DNA of 64,000 nt, taken from positions 98,396,001 to 98,460,000 of the forward strand of contig NC_058368.1 in the NCBI RefSeq assembly GCF_018350175.1, written 5' to 3'. Of the stretch, positions 50,157 to 61,520 are shown piece after piece. The notes below the pieces were generated by a model. That model saw nothing but the letters and a program-made list of their open reading frames with translations, made no database searches and had not been told where the DNA came from. The translations under genes were made by a program, and so were the position numbers. Source of the stretch: Felis catus. Its lineage: Eukaryota. Within the stretch, counting starts at the first letter, position 1. Each line of letters starts with the position of its first letter.

Positions 50157-50823
50157 AACTTTTATATATGTTTTAGAAGACTTCTTTCTTATAGCATATA
50201 TCAAAGTAATATCGCATGTAATCCTCAAAATTAAGTCTGTGTATTACAATTTATCTCTGAGGTCCTAACATTTGTCTTCCAACTCGTTATAACTTTCTCA
50301 ATAAATTTTAGATAAATCACACCTTAATTCAATATTAAATCCTGTAATAAATCCTTATTAAATGGTAGTGCTGTATTGGAATTTCTGATATCTAGTCAAA
50401 AGCTGCAGGAAATATATTTCTATGCTAAGGAGATGAACTTTCAGTGAGGAACATAATATTCTTTTTAGGATTTTGATTTTGTGATGGAAAAAATAAAGAA
50501 GTTTCAGTCTCTATAAAATGGAGGCCAGAGACTAAACACGAACACAGTGCAGCCAACTTGCTGAATAAATTCATAAAATCAGTCTAATGCATTCTTCAGT
50601 AGGTCTAACTTGACAAAGCCCTAATTATACTGACACCCTTAATGCCCAAATCAGAATCCTGCTAGACTGGTTAAACAAATATCTGAGCTTTTGTATTCAG
50701 TGGGAACAGATACATGATCCATGAAAAGGACCATAGCATATCATGTCCAAGACCTTGAGGCTTAAATTATGTATCCATTTTCATATAAGTTTAGTGTATG
50801 CTTTAGCTTTTAAATGTAGCACT

Positions 50824-51037
50824 GGGGCATCTGGGTGGCTCAGTGGGTTAAGCATCTGACTCTTGGTTTCGGCTCACATCATGATCTCACAGTTTCATGA
50901 GTTTGAGTCCCATGTTAGGCTCTGCGTGAGCAGCACAGAGCCTGCTTGGGATTCTGTCTGTCTCTCTCTTTCTGCCCTTCCCCCACTTGTGTTGTCTCTG
51001 ACTCTCAAAATAAATAGACTTAAAAAATTAAAAAAAG
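50824..51037 (+). mobile_element. Can-SINE
   Basis: TSD aatgtagcac/aatgtaacac. Confidence 0.93.
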
Positions 51038-51910
51038 AATGTAACACCAATTGCATTTCTTCCCTCATTAAATGTTATCATTTATTATAGTACATTTATC
51101 CCAAGATGGCTTGGCCTATGGTCGACAATTGTAATTCACAATTAAAAATTAAGATTTCTGACTTTCAATTTTCATTGTACTCTCGTAGGAATACTATCAC
51201 ATAAGGCATTTGAGTCAATAGGCTTTTAATATCTCAGTGTTATATTTCTGTGGACAAAAAATATTCTGGAAACAATGCAGACTTCTTATAGAAAAGAGTC
51301 AAACAGCATCACACTCTTTATTCCTTTTAGTTTTATCTATTTATATCTGGAAATTAACTGCAGCAAATGAAAGTTACAAATAGAAAGATTCTGAAAACAT
51401 CATATCAGAACCTGACAAATTTACAGAGTTCAGCTTCACACTGAGGCTGTGCCAATGTGTTTAATTGATGCTTCTAACTAGTCACAGAGCTCTTTTATTT
51501 AAATGTATTCCACCACTTTGGTAAGCAGTTTATGTAAAAGGAAAACCATTCTTTATTTTGATAGTATATGTATTCATTTTTAACTGTTCTCTTCTAAACT
51601 AGTTTATTTTCTCTTAATGAATTGACTCTTGACTTTTGAGTCTGGGACTGTGTCATCATATTTAGGTGGAAAATATGTATCTATATGGACTGACTCCTCT
51701 CTGCAAACCCACACTTCTTTGACCTTCTTCTACATTAGAGATATATGCAAGTTTTATATCTATATTTGTATACAGGTAATACATAATATGTAATATATAT
51801 GATATATGTGATATATACATGTATCATTATAGATTTATATACACACATATGCATATATTGGTAGATGATAAAACACATCTAATGAGTAAGAATGAGTAAA
51901 GTGGTTTAGG

Positions 51911-51920
51911 TTTTTAAATT

Positions 51921-51959
<39 letters not shown>

Positions 51960-51995
51960 TTTGAGAGAGAGAGAAAGAATGAGCAGAAGAGGGGC

Positions 51996-52028
<33 letters not shown>

Positions 52029-52153
52029 ATCTTAAGCAAACTCCTCAACTAGTGCGGAGCCCGAAGTGGGGCTTGATCCCACGACCCTGGCATCACAACC
52101 TGAGCTGAAATCAAGAGACAGACACTTAACCCACGAAAGCAACCAGGCGCCCC
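51911..52153 (-). mobile_element. Can-SINE (older)
   Basis: (TTTA)n, (GA)n, ends ccaggcgcccc. Confidence 0.92.
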
Positions 52154-52914
52154 TAGTTCAGGTTTCTTTAGATAAAATATTTTATTCAGTATTTGGAGTC
52201 ATGTGACTCTAGATACAAAACTTGCCGTAAGGCACATGTTCTAGGAAATAGATTTAGGCGAATATAAATCAAATCTTTTCAATAGTAGAATGTTGGAATT
52301 CTATTCATTCTTTTACTCTTGGGGAGTAAAATAGGAGGGAAATAGAGTGAAGGCTCAAAGCATAATTTAGGTATTTTTACCTTGGTGATATTTTTACCCA
52401 GAATTAAACTCTTATCTTTTTCTTTGCCATTGACTAAGTAATTCAGACAACAGAGACAGACATAGCCTTTCATAGAACTGCTTGCTCCGCCTTTGAGGAA
52501 AGTGCTAATTCTCCCTGACCTGATAACCCCTGACTAACTGCAGTGTTAAACAGCCCACATCCACGAACAGGAGAATTAGCTTCTTTGGGTCAAAACACAT
52601 TTAAATTCATTGAGATGTAATATCCTTTCCGGTTTATAAATGAGAAATGTTTAACTAATTAAGGGATATCATTGCCATGTCATCCTTCACTGTTTGAAAA
52701 TGACAAACTAGGGAAGTTAATCATAATGCAATCAGTGATGGTTGGTTTCATCTTGTATTAGTGAGACATAATGCAAATCAGTGAGGATCCAAGAGAAGTT
52801 AATGAAAGAATTCCACTTAACAAGGGAAAGAAATGAAAGACAGCTCCTTAAATATTCATTTTAAAGTAACCAAGCTAAAAACTATTTTTGCTACTTTAGC
52901 TCAACATACTCATA

Positions 52915-53150
52915 ATAATAATAACCGCCATTTATTCTGACCTTCTATGCTAGTCACAGTGCAAGACAATGGTGATATTACCATATTTAATCCTCATGAC
53001 AATCTAATAAATTGAGTGATTTTATCACCATTTACATACGAGGACAATAAATCTTGAGGAGCTAAATTACTTACCCAAGATCATCCAACAATAAGTGGCA
53101 GAGAAAAAAATAGAAACAGATCTCTGACTTCCAACAGATACTCTGTGACT
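52915..53150 (-). mobile_element. MIR SINE
   Basis: ataataataaccgccatttatt...tttaatcctcatgacaat...acttacccaagatca...aagtggcagag. Confidence 0.8.
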
Positions 53151-53329
53151 TTGCCATCTAACATTTCGTTGGTCATCTTTCCTTTATCCTTTTTCTCCTC
53201 CACTCTAACTCATTTTCTGCTTGTGGATCCAGAAGGTCAATAGTGTGGAAGGCCTGTCCCACTTGGTATTTTCTGCTCCTGCTATTGCTTATAAAATGTA
53301 TTTCCCTAAATACAGGGAGGGCTAGAACA

Positions 53330-53430
53330 ATTCATTCATTCATTCATTTATTCAGCAGTCATGTGTCAATCATCCATTCTGTGCCGGGTACTCTGTTTAA
53401 GTGCCAATGATAAAATAATGAATAAATAAA
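53330..53430 (-). mobile_element. L2 3' terminus
   Basis: (ttca)n plus ttattcagca...ctgtgccgggtactctgt. Confidence 0.65.
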
Positions 53431-53805
53431 TTATCTAAGAAGGAAATAATTATAATTACATTAATTTAAGATTATATAGTTTTGTGTTATGAAAACAATT
53501 TTCCCATTTGCTTTGCTCTAAGTGTCATTACCACAGAAATATTTGTATTCAAATATTTTGGCAAATCTTTTGGCTGGAAGAAATTTCCCTCAGTGTGTTT
53601 GCATTCTGATAATCTTATATTTTGGTTACAAGATAATTTCAGATTATCTCCAGTCAGTATGACTTCTGTGTTAAATAAATTACTCGAAAGAACCTCTGAA
53701 CTCCTTAATCTGTTAGTACTTCTCTGAAGACTGAACTTGCCGGATGTAATTTTGTAATTACCAACTGTATTTGTCAAAGATGCCTCGTCACATCCTTCAG
53801 TTTAA

Positions 53806-53828
53806 GGGGCGGGGGGAGGGGGGGCGGG
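53806..53828 (+). promoter_or_regulatory. G-quadruplex-capable tract with two GC boxes
   Basis: ggggcggggggagggggggcggg: four G runs with 1-nt loops and two GGGCGG; function unproven. Confidence 0.4.
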
Positions 53829-54233
53829 AAAGGCAAGACTTCATCATTCCCTGCCCTGGTATACTTTCCTGAACTACCTTGAGAGAAAAGTACACCGCAA
53901 GAGTGGAAATAAAATGCAAAGCTCATGCAACAAATGTACAGTTCAGTATACTGTAGGTCCTTAGAATAATAATCAAACTGGAGACTATTAATACCATCCC
54001 TACCCCATTTTCTAGTGTAGAATTGTTATCCTTTTGTGTATGGACCTTCTTTTTCAAAGTAATCCCATATTGATGGGCTATGTTCTTGTCTTTTGTCAAT
54101 TTGGACCTTTGATAATCATTTGAATGATTGGTTCAGGCATACTGAACGTACTTCTCATAACCACACTATGTCTTTAGGTCACTGTCAAATATGAGATACA
54201 GTGGCATAGCCAGCACATATTTAAAATAATAGT

Positions 54234-54470
54234 GGGGTGTCTGGGTGGCTCAGGGAGTTAGTCATCTGACTCTGGATTTTGTATCAGGTCATGATCTTGA
54301 AGTTCTTGGGTTCAAGCCCTGTATCAGGCTCTGTGCTGAAGCATGGAATCTGCTTGGATTCTCTCTTTTCTCTCCCTCTCTCTCTGCCCCTCCCTTAGAC
54401 TGTGCGCTCTCTCTCTCTTTCTCTCAAAAATAGAGTAAATAAACATTAAAAAAAGAAAAAATAAATAAAA
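54234..54470 (+). mobile_element. Can-SINE (older)
   Basis: Head, (CT)n, A tail. Confidence 0.92.
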
Positions 54471-55180
54471 TTATAATATCAAGTTAAGACTATGGTGATA
54501 AATAGAAGAAAAAAATGTTTTGCAACTTCTTCAATTGAGTAATGTAGTTATTAAACAGTAAGATGCAGTGATATTTGGAAAATTTTATCACTCCCTGGGT
54601 CTGTTAATCAAGTTACATGCTCACATATTCATATTTTTATGAGCACTTGTTTATTTGGCTTACAATCTCAGAATAATTTTCCTACATCTTAAAAATTATA
54701 ACCTGGAAAAGAAATTTATAATAGTGGCAGGTTGTTTTAATTGTGTCCTTAGAATTTTGTATCAGAAATGTTTATTTCTACTTTGTTCCTGTTTTTCATC
54801 TGTTGAAGTAAAGATACACAGCCTTTCACTTACTAGTTTAGATTGTCAGAAATATGCAGTCAGCTGCAAGGCATATTTTACAGAGACCCCTGGATAATTT
54901 TCAAAATGGTGAAAATCAAACCAAAAAAATGAAGAAATTTCGAGAATACACAAGTTTGAAGTTTCCAGTATAGTTCTAGACTATAAATTAAAACTTTACA
55001 ATTGACAATATTACGTTTGGATTTAAAAACTCCAGAAGTTTTCTTTCATTTGCTTTAATGTAGTGTTCGTTCTCTCTCATCTCTAGTTTCATAAAATTAC
55101 ATTGTTCTAAATCTGGGGAATGTTAGATTTTAGAATTCAACTGTCTTCTTGAATTCATATACCTAATTTTGTTTTATAAT

Positions 55181-56005
55181 TGTATTAGTTTTCAATGTTG
55201 CTGTCACAGATTAGTACAAACTTGGTAGCTTCAAATAATATATGCTTATTTTCTCATAGTTCTATAAGTTAGAAGTCTGGTGGTCATAGCTATTGTTTCT
55301 GATCTGGGTCTTACAAGTCCAAAATCAAGGCACTAATCATCCTGGGCTCTCATCTAGAAGTTTCCAGGGTCACTCAGGTTGTTGGCAGAAAATGTTGAAT
55401 GCACTTGAAGGGCATTGATCTCATCTCCTTGTGTCTGTCAGCTGGGAGCTGCCCTTGACTCCTAGAGATCTCTCTCTCCCTTCACGGTACATGGGTCTAT
55501 GTGCTGGTGATGGCACATCTACTGTTTCTCCCTCTTGGAATCTTTCTCACATCCCTTCCTGCCACATATCATTTATTCTCAGACAGAGAAAGTTCTTTGT
55601 TTTTTAATGGCTCATGCAATTAGTTTAGGTCCACCTGGATAATCTAAGATATCTCTATGTTTTAAATTCAGTAATCTTAATTGCATGTGCAAAATCCTTT
55701 TTTTCCAGGGCACCTGGGTGGTTCAGTCACTTGGGCATCCCACGTCGGCTCAAGTCAAGATTTCACGGCTCATGAGTTCGAGCCTTGCATCAGGCTCTGT
55801 ACTGATAGTTTAGAGCCTGAAGCCTGCTTTGGATTGTGTTTCTCCCTCTCTCTGCCCCTCCCCCACTCACTCTCTGTCTCTCTCTCTCTCTCTCTCTCAA
55901 AAATGAATCAACATCCAAGTCTTTTCTTCCAGAGAAAAATATATTCATGTTTTTTAGGAATAAGGGTATGGGCATCTTTGAAGATAATTAATCTGCATAC
56001 TATAA
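55181..56005 (-). mobile_element. MLT1D/E-type MaLR solo LTR with nested SINE
   Basis: tgtattagttttc...gctgtcacaga...caaacttggtagctt; ggtccacctggataatc; gggcatctttg near the end. Confidence 0.8.
55708..55916 (+). mobile_element. Can-SINE nested in MLT1
   Basis: gggcacctgggtggttcag head; degenerate TSD tccttttttcca/tcttttcttcca. Confidence 0.92.
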
Positions 56006-56209
56006 CAGTGCCCTATTTTTTTTTACACCACTTAATATCCCTAAGATGGGATGAATTTTAAAATTAATATTATATAATAATGTTATATGCAGGAATTTTT
56101 CCTGCCATATATAATATACATATTGTATACATTACTGATTATTGTATATAATAATACATGTTCCCATGATTTGTTAGAATCTATGAAATGTAATTTATTT
56201 ATGCTAACC

Positions 56210-56700
56210 TTAAATATCATGTAAATACATAAGGAGCTACCAGAACTCATGAATTAAAAAAAAATCCCAATAAGAAATTAGATAGCTGATATGAGCAAAC
56301 AACTCACAAAAAGAAATCTTAATGGAGAATACATGTACAAACACTTCAAGTATACTGGAAATCAAATAAATTTACCTTAGAAGAAGCTTCAGTACCTATC
56401 AAACTGTAAAAATTTTGAGTGCATGATTTTTATTGTTCATGAAGGAAGTAGAGTAGGTGGTAGAAAAAGTTATAGAAGCCAATTTTGTAATATATTTCAT
56501 AAGATTCAACTCTTCAAATATAGTAACTCTAGGAATTTTTACCATGGAAATATTCGAAGACCTGCACAAAGATTTATAGATTTATTTCATACACATACAC
56601 ATATAGCAATTTGATTTACAATAATGAAAAATTAAAAAAAAATCCTATTGTCAATAAAAAAAAATAAACTAGTGGTTATTTAAACACTTGCTTAAAAAGA
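56210..56700 (+). mobile_element. Very old L1 (L1ME-like) ORF2 fragment
   Basis: atatgagcaaacaactcacaaaaagaaa; ctctaggaattttt; atagcaatttgatttacaataatgaaaaatt. Confidence 0.55.
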
Positions 56701-57143
56701 GCACTTGCAGGGCCAGTAAAAGTAATGCTGTATCAGAATCTCTAAAGACAGAGGAAAATCTGCATGAAATACCAAATGAGGAGAGTAGCTTATACAATGG
56801 TAGGTATAATAGTTTTGAGGAAGAAAGAAAAAAAAAAAACAACAAGCATTGATTATCCATACCTTTTGCTAATTTAGGTAGAAAAAAGGGTCTCTTTTTT
56901 GTTCCGTGGCTAGTAACTCCACTCCCAATCTGAAACCTACTCTCTTCCAGACTTCCTTTCTCAGTCCCTGTTCTCCATTATTTCCTCTGATTTCTGCTTT
57001 TTATTTATTTATTTATTTTTACATTCCCAACTTCCACTCCTGTCAGTATTTAACAATGCCTTAGTCACTGCAGGAAAATACATATATACATCCATAAGTG
57101 AATATACAAACAAATTAATAAGACCCATGCTGTCCAAGTAGTG

Positions 57144-57579
57144 TGTGGGGAAATAGGTTCTACTTACATAAATGGGTTAGAAAAAAGCTTAGGGTGGAAA
57201 GCTGCCACCACGGGGTGAAAGCGCCCGAGGCTAGCTAAAGAGATATTGTAATGGGATCACGAGTAAAATTACTTTCCATCTGAACACCAATGTACCTTGA
57301 TCACAAACTCCACTTGCCCACCCCCCCCCCAGACCCTTTGCTTCTTACACACACAAGTTAATGATTACTACCTGATGTTTTTCTCCATGTTCATGTGTGT
57401 AAGATCTTGTTTTCTTCACATTCACTATGTGGGTAACGTCTTGTGAGCTCAATAAATACGGAGATGAAACCCCTGTTTGGGGCTCTTATCTCCTCCTGGA
57501 CATTAGCCTTTCTTGTATTCAATTCTGCATCTGTTCTCTTGCTGGACAAGAGAGAACTCCAGACTCATAGTCTGCAACC
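57144..57579 (+). mobile_element. Solo LTR, class II (betaretrovirus/ERVK-like)
   Basis: Begins tgtggggaaa, ends ctgcaacc; exact 6-bp TSD gtagtg (57138-57143, 57580-57585); aataaata at 57451. Confidence 0.78.
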
Positions 57580-58675
57580 GTAGTGCATCTTCTCTCCTTT
57601 TTTTTGATCATGGTTTAGAATTTATTTTTTACCTTCCGAGTTGTATCCTGTTTATTCTTCAGCTCGCTTCAGTTAATCGACAATAATATGCATTTATTCA
57701 ACAAATAGTTACTAACATCTTTTGAGGTCCAGTTCCATGTTTGCAAAATATGGATGTGACTTATACATAGGGCAATATATCTGCAGTAATGTTTGGAGAT
57801 AGAAAATACATAAAAAGATAAGATACTGACAAGTACAATATAGAGGGGTAAAGTAGGTTTTTGCCACAGAAAGTGACTAAGACCTATTTTAACCCTCTAT
57901 ATTGTACTTGTCAGTATACTACAATTATCTGATTTTTTTTCCTCTTAGGGATTGGTGTGTCTGTGATGTGTAAATGGATTATGGAGGCAGAAGAGCTGCC
58001 AGGAAGCTCTTGTAGGATGTGGTAGTTATTGTAGTGGTCTGAGCAGGGATACAGAGAATTGCATTGACACAGCACGTGTTTAAGAGACAGAGTTGCTTTT
58101 ATGTTAAAGAGGAAGGGATGTGAATGATAGGGGCAAGGATGGGAGATCATGCTGGAACAACTGGAAAGATAACAGTCATCTTTTTCAAGATGCCTTTGGA
58201 TTCTAACTTTACCATGTTTTTGAAATGGTTCTGGTAAAGGCCATTAATGTTCTTTTAAATTCTAAATCCAATTAAGAATTCTGAGTCCTTTCCTCTCTGG
58301 ACCCCTCTGTACCTTTTAGCACATAAAATTACTCTCTCCTTTGGTTTTATATCTCTACCATTTATCTCATTTTCCTTTATGAGTCTTCTGCTGCTTCTCA
58401 ACCCTTAAATATTGGGATTCTTTACCCTAGAGTTTCATTATTTGACCTACAGTGCCTTTTGAATATCAATGCTGAGAGCTTCTCATTTGTGTTCCCAACC
58501 CAGTTATAATTCTCCTGACAGCTCTATCTATATACCATACTACCTACTAAACACCAGTGATTTTAAGTGCTGGAAGCATTTCAATAACCCAAATTCTCTT
58601 TTTCTATGTCCATATTGTGCTCTCTTTTTTATAATTCCTTATTTTAAGAATACCTCCACCATCCACAGTGGGCTT

Positions 58676-59085
58676 GTGGTAAATTGAATTATTAGTCTCT
58701 GTTGCCCACTGCCCTGGATTATTATAATATGTACACACCCTTGCCATGGCTTCATGGTGGGTACACTTCCCATTCATTGCCATATGACTTGCTTTCGCCA
58801 GGACAGTGGTGGTATTTATGACACAATTTAAGGTTTAAAGGCTGTTGGATGGACTTCCTTATGACTTTCTGCCTTTCCTGATAAGAAGATGATGCTTCAG
58901 GTATATGTTGGTCCAACGAGGATGAGAGGTGGAGCAGACTTGGACCCAACGTGTAGTGTAGAGTCAAGCCCAGTTGTGCTTAGCTTGTGTAGAAACAGCA
59001 GCAATGGCATGAACAGGAAACAATTGTGTCTTGTTGTGCACCAGTGAGATTTAGTGGCTCTTCTTTTGCCAAAGCCAAGTCATAC
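58676..59085 (+). mobile_element. Old MaLR LTR (MLT1H/I-like)
   Basis: tgtggtaaattg...cacacccttgccatg...gaggatgagaggtggagcagacttggacccaac...agtcaagcccag. Confidence 0.72.
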
Positions 59086-59526
59086 TAAGCTCAAATGAGA
59101 GACATAGTAGTCATCCCTGACCCTTCTTCCTCTGTTGACAGTCACATGGAATAATATTTAAATCTTAACTGTTTTATTTTCTTGATATCTCTTATAATTC
59201 TCATTACCTCTCTATGACCTAAAATCCGTTACCATCTTTTGACTGAGCTACACTATATTTTATTACTGATTTCCTCCATGTTAGTATGGTCCTTTCCCAA
59301 CCCCTTCTCATCATGCTTGCTAAAGTGATCTTCTTAAAAGGCACACTGATCAAGTCCTTCTAGTATTTACAATTCTTCAGGAACCACCCATAACCAAACT
59401 GAAAGAATAAAATCCCAATTACATAGCTCACCCTGATTCTCATAATCTGGCCTTTGTCCACCTCTGCACCCTTATTTCTTATACTGTCCCTCATCTGTAC
59501 CTTGAACTCCTGTACCACCCTGCTCA

Positions 59527-59817
59527 TTTTTGTTTTATTTCATTTCATTTCATTTCATTTCATTTCATTTCATTTCATTTCATTTCATTTCATTTCATTT
59601 CATTTCATTTTATTTCTTTAATGTTTATTTGTTTTTGAGAGAGCACAAGTGGAGGAGGGGCAGAGAGAAAGTGAGAGACAGAATTCCAAGCAGGCTCTAG
59701 GCTCTGAGCTGTCAGCACAGAGCCCAACACGGAGCTCAAACTCATGGACCATGAGGTCACAACCTGAGCCAGAATCAAGAGTCAGATGCTCAACCAACCA
59801 AGCCACCCAGGCACCCC
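59527..59817 (-). mobile_element. Can-SINE with (TTTCA)n tail-derived microsatellite
   Basis: Ends ccacccaggcacccc; about 14 tttca units. Confidence 0.93.
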
Positions 59818-60922
59818 ATCACTTTCATTTTAAGGCGATTTCATATGTTCCTTACATCTTTACACATTTTCACCCCTATTTCCATCTCATGCCTATTTAA
59901 TCCTTACCTTTCCTTCAATTTCAAATACTACTTTATCCACATGGTTCCTCCATGTCCCTCACCTTGTCCATCTTTATTTAAGCGTCCTGTGTTGGGTGTG
60001 CATCCATGGTCATCTGCGGTTGCTTCTATCAGAGCCTATGAGAATAACTGGTTAATTCCTATTTGCTCTTAAAATTTACTTCAGGTGAATTTTCTATACT
60101 TTGCTAATTTTTTAATTTGCTTCTAACCAGCAAATAAGTTTCTTAGGGCCATTACTGATTCTTTTATCTCTGTATTTTGAGATGATTCTTAACACTTCAT
60201 AAATATAATGGTGGAAAAAAGGAAAGGGGAAGAGGGGAGGGAGGAGGAGAAAAAAGAGAAGGAAAAGAAAAAAGAAGAAGGAGGGAAGATGGAGGAGAGG
60301 AGAGGAAGAAAGAAGGAAAGGAATTTTTGGGAGCGAGAACTGTAGCCCAGAAAATTTTCTTGTCACTTAGGAAAAAACTGATGACAATAAAGGTCATCTT
60401 CTTCTTAGGCAGTACTTTTCATTCTCTGCCACAATGATTATGCAGTAAACATTTCTAAAAGAGCATCACATTCAGTGATTGCAAACTTTCAAGATATATA
60501 TAAAATATGTATGTAATTATCTCTCTCTATATATCTAATAATAATATCTAATGAATAACTATGATTTTTAGGCCTCTGTTTTAAGAAAAGTCATTTGATA
60601 GAGACGTATCTTTTTTTTAATAAGAGAAGTAGAGATTATTCTGAATATCTGCGTTTACTGCATTCTAAGTGGAAGACAATTCAGTAATTCTGAAAAGTAT
60701 CAGTGAAAACAAGTAAGGATTTTATGTGGGCAAGTCACTATTAGGCAAATCCTCTTGTAATACAAAGAGTCACATCCTCATTACCTGTTCATATTGAATA
60801 AAATTTAGATATCAAACCTAAGTAAGTTCCACAGTCCATCTCTACTCTTGTCTTTTAAGTCCTCTTTCTTCATATGAACTTTTGAAGACACGTGCTATTT
60901 GTTTTCATTAAGACTTTGTTTT

Positions 60923-61136
60923 ATTTTTTATTTTACTTTTTATTATTTTTTGTTTTTTAAAATATTTATTTATTTATTTGGGGGGGGGACACAAGCGGGG
61001 GAGGGGCAGAGAGAGGGAGAAAGAGAATTCTAAGCTCAGAGCCTGACGTAGGGCTCCATCTCATGAACCATGAGATCATGGCCTGAGCCAAAATCAAGAG
61101 TCAAATGCTTAACTGACTGAGCCACCCAGGTGTCCC
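60923..61136 (-). mobile_element. Can-SINE
   Basis: TSD aagactttgtttt. Confidence 0.92.
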
Positions 61137-61330
61137 AAGACTTTGTTTTTCTAGAGCAGTGTTATGTTTGCAGCAGAACTGAGGGGATGGTAGGGAGATT
61201 TCTCAAGTACCCCCACCCCCTCATATGTGTAGCCTCCTCCGCCTTAGCAACATCTCCCACCAGAGCATTCCTTTTGTTGCCATTGATGGACCTATGTCTA
61301 CACATTACAATTACCCACAGTATGCGGTCC
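61137..61330 (-). mobile_element. L1MC-type 3' terminus
   Basis: agactttgtttttctagagcagtgttatgtttgcagcagaactgagg...ctcccaccagag. Confidence 0.7.
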
Positions 61331-61470
61331 TACCTGTTTATATTCTACATGTTTATAACTGAGGCAGACTTTTCAATCTCTGCATTAGTAGTTTACCTTT
61401 ACTACATCTTATCGGTCAACTGTAACCTTAAAGCTTATCACTGCTTATGCTTAATTTTGGTGTTTGTGTA

Positions 61471-61474
<4 letters not shown>

Positions 61475-61520
<46 letters not shown>
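61475..61520. repeat. (TG)n microsatellite
   Basis: About 22 TG units. Confidence 0.95.

Larger units (their letters stand above)
58240..59990 (+). mobile_element. Decayed L2 remnant interrupted by MLT1 and a SINE
   Basis: ctaaatccaat...; ctcaacccttaaatattggg; agtcatccctgacccttcttcctc; gctaaagtgatcttcttaaaa. Confidence 0.6.

Noticed and set aside
52504..52580. C/D-box snoRNA or miRNA hairpin
   Set aside because: A terminal stem is present, but there are no properly placed RUGAUGA/CUGA boxes and no extended pairing
53482..53777. Overlapping 81-aa and 96-aa ORFs
   Set aside because: Non-ATG starts, no recognisable domain, lengths within chance expectation
60215..60322. Polypurine tract
   Set aside because: Generic GA-rich low complexity without clear mirror symmetry or associated element
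5562..61136. Dispersed near-identical repeats as a CRISPR-like or novel array
   Set aside because: Irregularly spaced ~200-bp SINEs in both orientations with individual TSDs; no repeat-spacer periodicity, no cas genes, mammalian DNA
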